Position numbers and translations under genes: made by a program. Shown piece by piece: positions 1 to 15,352 of a stretch of 64,000 nt of DNA. Each line of letters begins with the position of its first letter. Within the stretch, counting starts at the first letter, position 1. The notes beneath the pieces were generated by a model. The model ran no database searches. It was not told the DNA's origin and saw only the letters and a program-made list of their open reading frames with translations. Source of the stretch: Candidatus Eiseniibacteriota bacterium (GTDB lineage: Bacteria > Eisenbacteria > RBG-16-71-46 > SZUA-252); assembly GCA_963703225.1 (NCBI GenBank), contig OY969801.1, positions 384,001-448,000 on the forward strand. Reading direction: 5' to 3'.

Positions 1-1047
1 CCATCTCCATTCAGGTCGCACTCGGTCTTCGCGACGCAGATATGTCCGACGATCTCGGCGAAGGTTGGGCATTGGGATCATCGCGTGCCCGTCGGGATCG
101 GCGACGATCTCGTTCTAATGGCACATCGGGTAGCGCCCTTCGGGTGCATCCGCCGCGACGGAGTAGCAGACATGGAGGATCGCGCCCCTGGCCTGGCGTC
201 GATCGCGGCGCCGTCCGGTGGAGAAGAGTAGGATCTTGACTCGCGAACCCTCCACCGCGCTCCACGCGACCTTGAAACCCCGAAGCCCGTCCCACAACCT
301 CCACGGAGGTCGGCCGGAAAGAATCCGAAGGGGCCCCCGTATGGCTCGACCCACTCGGCTGTAGACCACGATCTCCGTCTGGACTCCCGCCGACGGTGAC
401 TTCGTTGAAGAGATCGACGTCGAAGCAGCCGGTGCTTCCCGGCCTGACGCTCGCGTCGCATTGATCCACGCGGACGGAATCGCTGGGCGGTGATGGGTCG
501 CTCGACCCGAACGAGAGGATGTAGCAGCCGGGACCGGGCGGGCAGGTCTCATGTGCTACGAAAAAATTGAACGTGAGGTGGTCGAATCCGTGTACGCGAT
601 GCTGCTCGAGTCCTCGGTGTAGGGGACAAGGTACTCGATCGGCGTTCACGATGTACTGACCGAACGGAAGCCGACCGAGGCGGAGCTCGCGCTCGTAGGG
701 TTGAATCACGGTAGGGCACACCAGGTGGCGATCGGGTTGGGCTCTTGGATCGTGCCTTGAACCCGGATCTCGTACACCGGAATCGGCCCGGCCATGTCGG
801 AGCGGTCGCGGGCGATAATTGAAGACCCAGAGAACGTGGTAGCACGGGTCTGGGTACCGTGCCGGCGACCAAGAGAGCGACGGAATCGCAGACCGTCGGG
901 CTGTTCCGGCCGCGCCGCGATCGAGGTCAGTTCGGCCGATGCGTTGAGTGGTAACAGGGTGCCCACTGCCAGCGCGCATGCGACGGCGAGGAGGCGCGTC
1001 AGCCTCGTGCCCGAGCGGCGGGACGTCGCGGTGGACCGAGAGGTCAT
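1..1047 (-). CDS. Secreted protein with cohesin-like region and start of a dockerin-like repeat; multiply frameshifted, runs off window edge
   Basis: Signal peptide (LLAVACALAVGTLLPLNASA) in ORF 706-1047. Protein-like segments continue in other frames (CPTVIQPYERELRLG, VDLFNEVTVGGVQTEI, VKILLFSTG, VCYSVAADAPEGRYP) and end in CVAKTECDLNGDG at position 1. Confidence 0.5.
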
Positions 1048-1129
1048 TGGCAGATCCTCCCTGCGAGTGTCCGGCGGTGAAACCAGTGGAGGGCGGCGGG
1101 GGCTCGCCGCCCTCCCACGTGTCTAAAGA

Positions 1130-2053
1130 CTAGTCTTCTCCGTGCATGTCGTCATCGCAGTGGCCGTTGTGATTCCGGTCCATGCCCATCCGGAGCGATC
1201 GAATGATCGCCTGGCGGATCGCCAGACCGTTCTCGCCGTCCCGGGGATCGAGGAACCTCCCGCCAGGGCCTCGCAGCCACTGGGAGATATCGAAGGTGAG
1301 GAACGCGGTCGCAGGAGTAGCAACCTCCACCGTGAACTCGCCCTTGATCTTGAAGACGTGATAGAACCTCGCCCGGTACGTGAAGGTGTCTCCGCCCGGG
1401 CCATCCACGGTTCCCTGCAAGTAAACCGTCCCGCCGATCAGATACTCAAAGGAGGAGGCGTTCCAGTCGTCCGCGCGGAGGGGCCGGAGGTGTCCCATGG
1501 TGTTCCGATAGGTGCCCGGCTCCACCATCTGCGTGTCCAGGCTGTCGGCGGTCTGAGTGAGAAGATCGACCACGAAGGGTCCGACGAACCGGATTGTCTC
1601 ATGGTCCTCGCCGTCCCCGTCGTCGCCATGGTGGCCCATGCCATGCCCTTCCATTTGCATGGCGTAAGCATTGTCCCTGGCGTCCGGGTCGTCCTCGCCG
1701 GCGCCGGTCGAGTCGGTCTCGCCACCGGTGGAATCCGTCTCGCCGCCCTCGATGAGATGGAAGCGAACGTCGTGCACGACCAGGAGTGCCTTCGTGAAGG
1801 TTACGGGGATCGTGTCGTCCGATGTCGAGGCGAAGGACGCGCCGAGGGATCGGGCCGACAGGGCCGACCCGCTTCCGCTTGCGGCCCCTATCCCCAGGGC
1901 CTTCAGGGTCATGGGCACCGACCCGTTCCCGGGTCCGGCGAAGTTCTTGGCGCTGTCGGTGCTGCACCCGGCCGCGATAAGGAGGCAGGCGGCCGTCAGG
2001 ACGACGGAGCGGATGGGGCGGGCAATGCCACGTGCTAACTTGATCTGGAACAT
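1130..2053 (-). CDS. Hypothetical lipoprotein (DUF4382-like) with His/acidic insert
   Basis: Lipobox LIAAGC; 307-aa ORF with GAGAGG RBS; His/Asp-rich segment and C-terminus. Confidence 0.65.
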   Translation of the reverse strand: MFQIKLARGIARPIRSVVLTAACLLIAAGCSTDSAKNFAGPGNGSVPMTLKALGIGAASGSGSALSARSLGASFASTSDDTIPVTFTKALLVVHDVRFHLIEGGETDSTGGETDSTGAGEDDPDARDNAYAMQMEGHGMGHHGDDGDGEDHETIRFVGPFVVDLLTQTADSLDTQMVEPGTYRNTMGHLRPLRADDWNASSFEYLIGGTVYLQGTVDGPGGDTFTYRARFYHVFKIKGEFTVEVATPATAFLTFDISQWLRGPGGRFLDPRDGENGLAIRQAIIRSLRMGMDRNHNGHCDDDMHGED

Positions 2054-2294
2054 GGCCTTGTGTCCTCTCGAATGGTGTAATAGGCGGCCACGTCTGGGTG
2101 CGGCAGGACTGCGGGGGCGTCAGATCATGCCGGGCTCGGACGTGCGCGTCCGGGAGACTTGTGCGACACTCCCGGACCCCGTCCCACGTGCGGATAACTC
2201 TGCCGGAAACCTCGGCGTGGGGCAACCAGTAAGATGGATATCCATCGGTACCATGCCAGGTGACCGATCCTTTGCACTGCACCAAGGAGACCCA

Positions 2295-4935
2295 ATGACC
2301 TCGACCCGCGCGCCCCGATTCGCGACGGTATTCGCACTCCTCGCTTCGGTATTCCTGACACCCTCCGCCATCTGCCGCGCCGACTTGGGGCGGCTGCCGA
2401 CCGACGTCCAGCCGACCTTCGAATCGATCCGTCTCACCCTCGATCCGAGGAAGATGGACTACACGGGTTCCGCCCGGGTTGAGCTCAAAGTGGCTACGGC
2501 AACGAATACGATCCAATTCCACGCGCAGGAGATGAAGCTCCCCAAGGTGGTCCTTAGGGGGAAGACGAGCGATCGCGCGCTTCAGATCAAAGAGGGGGAT
2601 GAGGGCCTCATCACCGCCACTTCGGCCTCGGAGATCAAGCCGGGCGATTACACTTTGGAAATCGAATTCTCCAACGAATTCGACCAGCGCGCGACGAGCC
2701 TCTACCGGCTGGAGTCCGGGGGCTCGGCGTACTGCTTCACCCAGTTCGAGGCGTGCGACGCGAGGCTCGCGTTCCCCTGCTGGGATGAACCCTCGTTCAA
2801 GTTCCCGTATCAAATCACGCTCACGGTTCCCAAGGCCGACGAGGCGGTCTCGAACACTCCAATCGAGAGCCAGTCGGCGAAAGGCGACCTGAAGACCGTC
2901 GTCTTCCGCCGCACCAAGCCGCTCCCCTCGTATCTTCTGGCGATCGCGATCGGCCCATTCGAGTACGTGCCGGTCCCGGGCACCTCCATTCCCACCCGGA
3001 TCGTGACCCCCAAGGGGAGCGCGGGGCTGGCCCAGGTGGCCGTGTCGATGACCCCGCCGATCCTCGCCGCCCTCGAGAAATACTTCGGGCGCCCCTATCC
3101 CTACGAAAAGCTCGACCTGATCGCGGTGCCGGAATTCACTCCGGGAGCGATGGAGAATCCGGGCGCCATCACCTACGGAGACCAGTACCTGCTCTTCGAT
3201 CCAAAGACGATGAGCATGTTCCAGCGGCGCACGCTGGCACAGTTCACGGCTCACGAGCTGGCGCACATGTGGTTTGGGGACATGGTCACCATGAAGTGGT
3301 GGGACGACCTTTGGCTGAACGAATCCTTCGCCGAATGGATGGGGGACAAGATCGCCGACGAGGTCTATCCGGACCTTCAGATCTACGTGACGGCGCTCTT
3401 TGAGCTGCAGGGCGCGATGTACCTGGATTCCCAGCTCGCCACTCGGCCGATCCGAAAAACCATCCAGTCCTATGCCAACATTCTGTCCGTGTCCGATCCC
3501 CTCACCTACAAGAAAGGGCAGGCCACCCTGACGATGTTCGAACAGTGGATGGGCCCCGAGACCTTTCGGAAGGGCGTGCTCGACTACCTCGAGGCCCACC
3601 AGTGGGGGAACGCGACCGCCGACGATCTCTGGGACGCTCTGTCCAAGGCGGCCGGACGCGACCTACATGCCTCGATGGCGACCTTTATCGATCAACCCGG
3701 CATTCCGCTTGTGCGAGCCGAGATCTTGAACGACGGACAGGTGCGTCTGTCGCAGCGGCGATTCCTCAACTACGGCGTGACACCGCCGGCCCCGCAGCTT
3801 TGGCAAGTCCCGATCACGCTCAAGTATTCGGACGGTACGGCGGTCAGGACCCATTCGCTGCTCTTGACGGAGGCGACCACCACCGTAGCGCTCCCCGGGC
3901 TCGCCGGGAAATCGCCCGCCTGGGTTCAACCGAACGCCAACTCGACCGGCTACTACCGCTGGAGCGTCGATCCCGCCCCGCTGCAGAAGCTCGCCGAGGC
4001 GGCGCCGCAATCCCTCACGTCCCTGGAGCGGATCGGCTTCCTCCTGAATCTGAGCTCTCTTCTCGACGCGGGCGCCATTCGCGGCGACGACTATCTGCCG
4101 GCTCGTCGCCGCCTTCGCGGACGATCCGCGACCCGAGGTCGCGCGGGCCCTCACGGCTTCGCTCGGAACGATCAAGCAGTCGTTCGTGACGCCCGAGCTG
4201 GAGGCCGCGTTCGCGGTCTACGTCCGGCGCGTCCTGGGCCCAGCGGCGAAGCGGTACGGCTACGATCGCGCGCCAAACGAAGCCGAGGCGGTCTCGCTTC
4301 TTCGGCCGAACTTCGTCGGCTGGCTCGCCGATGAGGGGCGCGACGAGGAGGCCCTCGCGTTCGCCGAGCGCCTCGCCAAGTCGTTCCTGGCCGACCGGGG
4401 CTCGATCGATCCTTCCCTGGTGAACCAGGCGCTCGCGCTCTCCGCGATCCGCGGCGATGCGGCGCTCTTTGCCGAATACAAGAAGAGGTTCGAGGCGGCG
4501 ACGGTGCCGACGGATCGCGCGCCGCTGTTGGGAGCGCTGGGCAATTTCCGCGATCCCAAGCTCCGAGAGGAAGCGCTCGCCTATACGCTCGCGGGGCCGC
4601 TCCGCCCCAACGAGATTTTCGACATTCCCCAGAGCATGGGCTCGACGATCGGTCAGGAGAAGCAGGTCTTCGAGTGGGTGACCCAGAACTACGACGCGAT
4701 CATGAAGAAGCTCCCGCCGGTCTATGCGGTCTACTTGCCCTACATGGGGTCGAGCTGCGAGAAGGATCAGCTCGAGAAGACGAGGGTCTTCTACTCGGCC
4801 CCGGAGCACACCGCGCCGGGCATGGAGCCGGAGCTTGCCCGGGTTCTCGAGGCGGGGAACGACTGCATCGGTCTGCGGAGCCGCGAGGGGAAGGCGGTGG
4901 AGAGCTACCTGACCCAGCTGGGCCAGGCCAAGTAG
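2295..4935 (+). CDS. pepN: M1 family zinc aminopeptidase with ERAP1-like C-terminus (frameshift near 4100)
   Basis: GAMEN and HELAH-x18-E (WLNESFA) motifs, AAGGAG RBS, signal peptide; C-terminal part in ORF 4186-4935. Confidence 0.9.
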
Positions 4936-4967
4936 CCTCCCGCCCGGCCAGCCGGGAGAATGAAAGG

Positions 4968-4993
4968 GGGGTTAGGGAGCGATCCCTAACCCC
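4968..4993. terminator. Hairpin terminator between convergent pepN and tRNA
   Basis: GGGGTTAGGGA-GCGA-TCCCTAACCCC, 11-bp stem. Confidence 0.7.
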
Positions 4994-5004
4994 TCTGATA
5001 TTTG

Positions 5005-5081
<77 letters not shown>

Positions 5082-5247
5082 GCGTGATATTCTCCCAACA
5101 ACTTTGATCTGTAAAGGGTTTTCCCCGCTCCCGGCGCGCTCGCACATGGACCTTCACAACATGCTCGCCGATCGGCCGCGCCGCGCATCATAAGAGGATG
5201 AGCCGGATGAGCATGTGGGAGAGGCACGCGTGGTGGGGGGTGATTTG

Positions 5248-7513
5248 ATGCTCCAGCGAATCTCCCGATACCAGCTCCTCGAGGAGATCGGCAAGGGAGG
5301 CATGGGCGTCGTCTACCGCGCCCGCGACGAGCACCTGGGCCGCGACGTCGCGCTCAAGGTCCTGAACACCGGGGCAGGGAGCGATGACTCGTCCCGGAAG
5401 CGCTTTCGCCAGGAGGCGCGCGCCCTCTCCCTCTTGAATCACCCGTCGATCAGCACGGTCTTCGACTTCGACAGCCAGAACGGAACCGACTTCCTCGTGA
5501 TGGAGCTCGTCGACGGGCAGCGCCTGGACGCTCTTCTCCACGACGGTCCCCTGGATGATCGCCGGGTGGCGGAGTTTGGGGCGCAGATCGCGGCCGCGCT
5601 CGCGGCGGCCCACGAGCAGGGGATCATCCACCGCGATCTCAAGCCGGGAAACGTCATCGTCACGCCGAAGGGGCAGATCAAGCTGCTCGATTTTGGGCTC
5701 GCGATCCTCTGCCCGGGATCGGCGACTTCCCTCGAGACCCGCAGCTTCGCCGAGACCAGCCACCTCATGGGGACCCTCTCCTACATGTCCCCGGAGCAGC
5801 TGCTGGGCAAGGAGGTGGACGAGCGGAGCGATCTCTATTCGCTCGGCGTCCTCCTGTATGAGATGGCCACGGGGCGGCGACCGTTCGACTCGCCCCTCTC
5901 GACCGTGTTGACGAATGAAATTCTCCATCGACCGCCGTCCAGCCCCGGCACCCACGGAGTGAGGCTCAAGCCGCGGCTCGAGTCGCTGATCCTCTCCTTG
6001 TTGGAAAAGGATCCCAAGAGGCGCCCCGATTCGGCGGCGCGCGTCGAGGCCGAGCTTCGGGAACATCTGTCGCCCGGCGAAGCGGCGCTGCCCGCGGCTG
6101 CCGCCGTATCGTCCACGCCCACCGCCGGCCGGATCGAATCGATCGTCGTGCTGCCGCTCGAAAACCTGTCCCACGATCCGGAGCAGGAGTACTTTGCCGA
6201 CGGAATGACCGAGGCGCTCATCACGAACCTGGCCCAGATCCGCGCGCTTCGCGTGGTCTCCCGGACATCGGCGATGCAGTACAAGGGGGTCCGACGATCT
6301 CTTCCCGAGATTGCCCGCGCGCTTCACGTCGACACCGTTGTGGAGGGGACGGTCGCGCGCTTTGGAAATCGGGTCCGGATCACCGCGCAGCTCATCGAGG
6401 CGGCGACCGACCGGCACATCTGGGCGCACAGCTACGAGCGGGACCTGAGCGACGTCCTGGCGCTTCAGGCGGAGGTCGCGCGCGCGATCGCCGCGGAGGT
6501 TCAGGTCCAGGTGAGCGGGGAGGAGCAGGCGCGGCTCTCCGAGCAGCACCGCGTGAATCCCGAGGCGTACGAGGCCTACCTACGAGGACGACATCACTGG
6601 AACCGGCGTACGAGCGTCGAGATCCAGAAGGGGATCGAGTATTTCCACCTGGCGATCGCGAAGGATCCACGGTACGCCGCGGCCTACGCGGGGCTCGCCC
6701 GCGCCCACGACACCATGGGCACGTACAACTTTGTTCCCCCGGCCGAGGCGTTCAGCTTGGCGGAGGCCGCCGCGCAGCGGGCCCTGGAGCTCGATCCCTC
6801 GCTCTCGGAGGCCCACACGGCGCTGGGCGGAGTCCTCTTCACGCACAACTGGGAATGGGAGAAGGCGGAGGCGGCGTTTCGCCGGGGCCTCGCACTCGAT
6901 CCAAACTCTGCGGACGGCCACCATTGGTACAGCGACTACCTCTCCGCGATGGGCCGCTCCGAGGAGGCCATGGCGGAGATCCGGCGCGCGCACACATTGG
7001 AGCCGCTCTCTTTGACGATCAACATGAGCATCGGGGTTTGTCTCTTCTACGCCCGCCGGTACGACGATACGATCTTGCAGCAGAGGCGGACGCTCGAGCT
7101 CGACCCCACCTTCGCGCCCGCGCTCCGAAATCTGGGCGGCGCCTATGAGGAAAAGGGGATGTATGGCGACGCGATCGAGACGTACCAGAAGGCGATCTCG
7201 CTCCAGCCGAACGATCTCTCGGCGACCGGTTTGCTGGCCCACGCCTACGCGGTCTCGGGCCAGCGCGACGACGCGCGGCGCCTCGTGGCCGAGCTCCTGA
7301 AGGAATCGAAATCCCGCTACGTCTCTCCCTACACGATGGCCGCGATCCACGTCGGGCTGGGGGAGGTCGATCGGGCGTTCGAAAGCCTGGAGGAGTCGTT
7401 TCAGTCGCGCGACCGCGGCATGGTCTGGATCAAGGTGGCGCCGCGGCTCGATCCCGCTGCGCTCCGATCCGAGGTTCAGCGACATCGTGCGCCGGATGAA
7501 GCTGCCCGACTGA
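5248..7513 (+). CDS. Hanks-type Ser/Thr kinase with TolB-like (SIVVLPLENLS) domain and TPR repeats; frameshift near 7455
   Basis: IGKGGMGVVY, VALK, HRDLKPGN, DFGLA, YMSPEQ motifs; typical ending DPLRSDPRFSDIVRRMKLPD in shifted frame, stop 7511-7513. Confidence 0.9.
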
Positions 7514-7546
7514 GCCGAGGCCGAGAAGCGAAGCCTCTGAGCGCGT

Positions 7547-10608
<3,062 letters not shown>

Positions 10609-10628
<20 letters not shown>

Positions 10629-11991
10629 GACATGGGCGCGGATCGCGCCGGTCCCCATTCTCACGATCATGCTGCTCACGCTTTGGGCCCTGCTGGCCCT
10701 CTCCGCCGGCAGCGCGGCGGGCCAGTCGAAGTCGACCGGAACGACGACGCCGTCGGACACCACCAGCGACGGCGGCTTCAATGTCCGCGTGAAGGAAGAG
10801 GGGGGGCCGCCTCCGACCGCGGCCGATCGGGAGCGCATCCGCCGCAAGGTCGAGCGAATCGAGAAGGAGGCCGAGGCGTCCCGGGCGCACGGTCAGGGTC
10901 TGCCGGACGCTCCCGAGCCTCCCGAGCCGCCGGATCTGGAACTCAAATACGACAACAGCGACAACAATCTGGTCCGGTTCGGGGAGGACATCACGATCCC
11001 CGAAGGGAAGGTGATCGACGGCGACGTCGTCGCGATCGGCGGGTCGGTGACCGTCCTCGGCCGGGTGAAGGGGGACTGCGTCTCCGTCGGCGGAGCGGTG
11101 ATCGTGAAGGGCAAGGGCGTGGTCGAGGGCGACGCCGTCTCGATGGGCGGCGGGGTCACGACGAGCGATTCGGGATCGGTCGCCGGAAGCAACGTCTCCC
11201 TCGGCTCCATGCGCAACGGGTCGAACTGCCGTTTCTGGCCCATGGTCGGCATCTTTGGCGCGGTCGGAACGGGGGTCTGGCTGCTGACCACCTTGATCAA
11301 GCTGCTGCTCACGCTCTTCTTCGCGTGGCTCGCGCTGCTCCTGATTCGGGAGCGGATGCTCTACGCGGTCGAGAGGATGACCGAGCACTTCGGCAAATCG
11401 TTCCTCTGGGGACTTTTGGGCTGGGCCGGGATGGTCATCGCGGTCCCGACGGGCATCGTCGTTCTGATTCTCGTCTCCGTCATCGCGATCGCGATCCTCG
11501 CGATCACGATCATCGGGATCCCGCTCGCCATCCTATTGGTGATCGCGCTGATCCTTGGAATTGTGGGGATCTGTGTGGGGTCGCTCGTGGCGATCTTCAT
11601 TGGGTTCTTGAACGGAGCGATGTTCCTGGGTCGGAGAATCCTGGCCAAGAACGCCGCGCTCATGCAGAAGCCGTTGCTCGCGATCACGGTTGGGCTCGCA
11701 TTGATCTTCGTGCTGAATTTCGTGGGTGAGCTGCTGAAGGTGGTGGGCCTGCTCGTCTTCCACCCGATCTCCATCGCGCTCGGAATCGCCTCGGGCGCGC
11801 TGGCGGCGATCGTCACCACGTCGGGCTTCGGCGCGATGATCCTCACCCGGTTCGCGCCCGGTCCGCGCGGCGCGGGGTCCGGCGGCTCGCAGTGGTGGCC
11901 GCCGTCCAAGCCGACGCCGGCGCCGACGCCTGAGGCTCCAAGTCCGGAGACGGCGCCGCCCGTCTCCGGCGGCAGCTCGGACGCACCATAG
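10609..11991 (+). CDS. Membrane protein with polymer-forming cytoskeletal (bactofilin-like) repeats and multi-TM C-terminus
   Basis: Signal peptide; repeats GDVVAIGGSVTV/GDCVSVGGAVIV/GDAVSMGGGVTT; several hydrophobic helices. Confidence 0.7.
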
Positions 11992-11997
11992 GGCAAG

Positions 11998-12732
11998 CTA
12001 CTCGAGGGGAGTCCCGACGGCTCCGAGACGCGCCGGGACGAACCGCTCGCTCTTTTCGATCGCGGCCCGGTCCCCGAGCCCCGAGAGGTTGACGGCGAGG
12101 CCGAGCAGGTAGCCCGGAATGCCTCGCTCAGCCCCGCGGCCCTCGGGGCCGGGCGATTCTCCCGCCAACCAACTTTCGATCTCCCCCAAGTCCTCGACCG
12201 CCACGGGCCGGATCGTCACCCGAACCGAAACGTAGTAGGTGCCCGTGGAGTCGAGCGCGCTTTCCGCCGCGATCGGCACCCATCGCGACGTGAACAGGAG
12301 CGCCCGGAGCGAATCGAGATCGGGCGCGACGCGGCTCCTCGGCGGGTTCACGCCCGATCGGATCCGGAACGACTTGGCCCACTCGTCGTACACGACCTTG
12401 TGCTCGCTCTTGAGGGCGACCACGAGCTTGTCAAACCAGAGCGCGCGCCGCTTCCAGAGCCCCACCTCGAAGGAGACGGTCGCGGGCATCCCCTGCATCA
12501 GCGTCTCCTCGAGCTTGGGCGTGAACGGCTGCCCCACCTCGTAGCTCACGCAGATCGCCCCGGAGATCCGCTCGATCGGTCCGACCGTGAGGAGCATGTC
12601 GTTCGCCGCGCGGGCCGCCCCCGGCGGGAGCGAGGCCGTGAGGGCCATCGCCAGGAGCCCGGCGATGAGAGCCGGGGTCGAACATCCGCCCGCGGCGCGG
12701 CGACGGTGAGGGACACGGCGGGCGCGGGCCAT
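11998..12732 (-). CDS. DUF4390-like exported protein
   Basis: Signal peptide; LEETLMQGMPATVSFEVGLWKRRALWFD pattern; within NtrYX-like operon. Start approximate. Confidence 0.6.
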   Translation of the reverse strand: MARARRVPHRRRAAGGCSTPALIAGLLAMALTASLPPGAARAANDMLLTVGPIERISGAICVSYEVGQPFTPKLEETLMQGMPATVSFEVGLWKRRALWFDKLVVALKSEHKVVYDEWAKSFRIRSGVNPPRSRVAPDLDSLRALLFTSRWVPIAAESALDSTGTYYVSVRVTIRPVAVEDLGEIESWLAGESPGPEGRGAERGIPGYLLGLAVNLSGLGDRAAIEKSERFVPARLGAVGTPLE

Positions 12733-12740
12733 CGCGGCTC

Positions 12741-14016
12741 CTAGAAGGATCCGCCGAGGCGGACCCCGACGAGGAAGGGAGCGTCGGAGTCCTGAAGGCT
12801 CCGCGCGACCGTGATCGCGATCGGTCCCGGGCCGAGCCTGATGCCGGCGCCGCCGTCGAGCGCGAAACGCTGGTGATCGATCTCGCCGCGGCCGAACCAA
12901 GCCGCGCCCCAATCCAGGAATCCAAAGACCCAGACGTTCTTCCTGGCGAGCAGGTAGTACTCGGCGTTGCCGAGAAGGAACTGGTCGCCGTCGAATTTCT
13001 TGTACTCGCGCCCGCGGAGCGTCCCGATCCCGCCCAGGTGCCAGATCTTCTGCGCGGGGAGGTCGCCGTCGACCGTGGTCCCGCCGATCAGCCGCGCGCG
13101 GGCCTCCTGCCGCGGCGAGAGCCTCACCTTGGTGTGGGCCGCGCCGCGGATCCGTCCGTATTCCGAATCCCCGTCGATCGGCGAGCCGGCCCGCTCGTAG
13201 GTGATCTCGCCGTTGGTGCCGCCGTCGGCGGGAATGGCCACGGGCCCGATCCGAGCCCCTGCTTCCACGACGCCTTGCCGCCCGTCGTCGATGGCGGGGT
13301 TGGCGCGGAAGTGGTCCTCCTTCCCAAACACGGAGAAGCTCACCTCGGTGTCGAGCGAGCGGACGTCCTCCACCGAGGCTCCGACCCGGATCGCGAAGTC
13401 GCGGCCCGGCTCCCACTGCCCGAACGCTTTCCAGCCCTCGGCCTCGTAGTGATCCCGATAGTCGGTCCGGGCGAAGAGCGCGAAGAACGTGTTCTCGGTC
13501 TCGCCGACGATCCACCCATCTTCGGTCGCCGTGCGTCGGTAGAGGGCGCCCCCGACGCGGAAGCGGGCGGGATCGCCGATCGGCGCCTCGAAGCCGACGT
13601 CGTAGAGGAAGCGATCGCGCGAGAAGGCATAGCCGGCGGAAAGGTAGAGAAGCGGCCTCGGCTCCCGCTCGCTCTTGACCGCCACTCCCAGAAGGAGCGC
13701 GGGGCCGTCCACGCGGTTGTACCGGAAGTTTATGAGCGGGGTGAGGTGGGCCGCTTCAGGAAGACCGGCGGAGAGCGTCTCCCACTCCGCGGGTCGAAAG
13801 GCCGGTGGCGGGGCCGCCTCCGATACGGCGCGGACGCTGTCGGGCGGCGCAGGAGTGCGGCGCGCCGACGCTGTCGGGGGGTGGAGGCGTGGCGGCGGCG
13901 CCGACACTATCGGACGGGGCGTCGGCTCTCGCGCCGGCGGCCAAGAAAAGGCCAGCCAGGAGCGCGGCGCGGAGAAGCGCTGCGCTACGAGCCGGCGGTC
14001 TCGCGGGCCAGCCCAT
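12741..14016 (-). CDS. Omp85/BamA-surface-antigen-like outer-membrane beta-barrel (frameshift near 13855)
   Basis: Signal peptide in ORF 13756-14016; FRYNRVDG, LGGIGTLRG, C-terminal GVRLGGSF in ORF ending 12741. Confidence 0.65.
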
Positions 14017-15352
14017 ACCGCTTGATCTTCCGGTGGAGATAGCCGCGGTCCATGCCCAGTCGCCGCGAAGCCTCCGTCACGTTCCACTGACACTGCTTCA
14101 GCGTCGCTAGGATTGTGTCTCGCTCGGCCTTCTCGCGGGCGACCTTGATTTCGCTGGGGGGTCCTTCGTCCGCGTTCGCCGGGAGCGCCTCCTCCACGTC
14201 GGCCGCGCCGACGGTTTCGCCGTCGGTCATGATCAGGATCCGCTCGATCAGGTTTCGAAGCTCGCGGATGTTCCCGGGCCACCCGTAGCCGGTGAGGCGC
14301 TCGATCGCATCCCGTGTGAACGCGCGGGGCGGCCGGCCGTGCTCCGACGACAGCCGGGCCCCGAAGTGCGCGACCAGGAGCGGGATGTCCTCCCGCCTCT
14401 GCCGGAGCGGCGGGAGGTGGATCGGGACCACGTTGAGGCGGTAGAAGAGGTCTTCCCGGAAGCGTCCCGCCTGGATTTCCTCCTGGAGGTCCTTGTTGGT
14501 CGCGGCGACGATCCTCGCGTCGACCGAGAGGGTCCGCGTGGCGCCGAGCCGCTCGATCTCTCCGGTCTCGATCGCGCGGAGAAACTTGGCCTGCGTCTCG
14601 AGGCTCATGTCGCCCACCTCGTCGAGGAAGAGCGTGCCGCCGTCGGCCGCCTCCAGCCGTCCGCGCTTCATCTGGGTCGCCCCGGTGAACGCTCCCTTCT
14701 CGTACCCGAAGAGCTCGCTCTCGACCAGATCCTTGGGCAGCGCGGCGCAATTCAATTTTTCGAACGGGCCACGCGCCCGCGCGCTGCCCTTGTGGATCGC
14801 GCGGGCGACCAGCTCCTTCCCGGTTCCGCTCTCCCCGGTCACGAGCACCTTCGCGTCGGTCTTGGCCACCTTCGCGATCTCGGCGCGGATCTGGTCCAGG
14901 CTGGCGCTCTTCCCCACCATCTCGTCCGACGCGCCGGCCATCGCGCGGAGCCGCTCGTTCTCGCGCTGGAGCGCCCGGATCTCCAGCGCGCGCTCCACCG
15001 TGACCTGGAGCCGGTCCGGCCCAAACGGTTTCTCGACGAAATCGGCGGCGCCCAACCGGATCGCCTTCACCGCCTCCTCGATCGATCCGTGGCCCGACAT
15101 CACCACGACCGGGAGGTCGGGGTTGGCCGCCTTGGCCAACTCCAATAGGGCGAGACCGTCCTTGCCAGGGAGTTTGAGATCGGTGAGGAGGAGGTCGACC
15201 CGCTGCTGCGCGAGGATCCGCTCGGCCTCCTCCGCGCTGACCGCCGTGAGCGGCTCGTAGTGGCGCTTCAAGCTCGCGGCTGTTTCGAGCAACACCGAGG
15301 GCTCATCGTCGACGATGAGGATGCGGAGCTTGCCGCCGCCCGCCGCGCTCAC
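13985..15352 (-). CDS. Sigma54-dependent response regulator (NtrX/NtrC family)
   Basis: Receiver (ILIVDDE, DLKLP), Walker A GESGTGKE, GAFTGA, FLDEV, Fis-type HTH. Confidence 0.95.
   Translation of the reverse strand: MSAAGGGKLRILIVDDEPSVLLETAASLKRHYEPLTAVSAEEAERILAQQRVDLLLTDLKLPGKDGLALLELAKAANPDLPVVVMSGHGSIEEAVKAIRLGAADFVEKPFGPDRLQVTVERALEIRALQRENERLRAMAGASDEMVGKSASLDQIRAEIAKVAKTDAKVLVTGESGTGKELVARAIHKGSARARGPFEKLNCAALPKDLVESELFGYEKGAFTGATQMKRGRLEAADGGTLFLDEVGDMSLETQAKFLRAIETGEIERLGATRTLSVDARIVAATNKDLQEEIQAGRFREDLFYRLNVVPIHLPPLRQRREDIPLLVAHFGARLSSEHGRPPRAFTRDAIERLTGYGWPGNIRELRNLIERILIMTDGETVGAADVEEALPANADEGPPSEIKVAREKAERDTILATLKQCQWNVTEASRRLGMDRGYLHRKIKRYGLARETAGS

Noticed and set aside
1599..3599. 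Long antisense or alternate-frame ORFs (also 27004-28935, 20784-22550, 52553-54088)
   Set aside because: Expected shadows of high-GC coding sequence; R/G/P-rich with no recognisable motifs.
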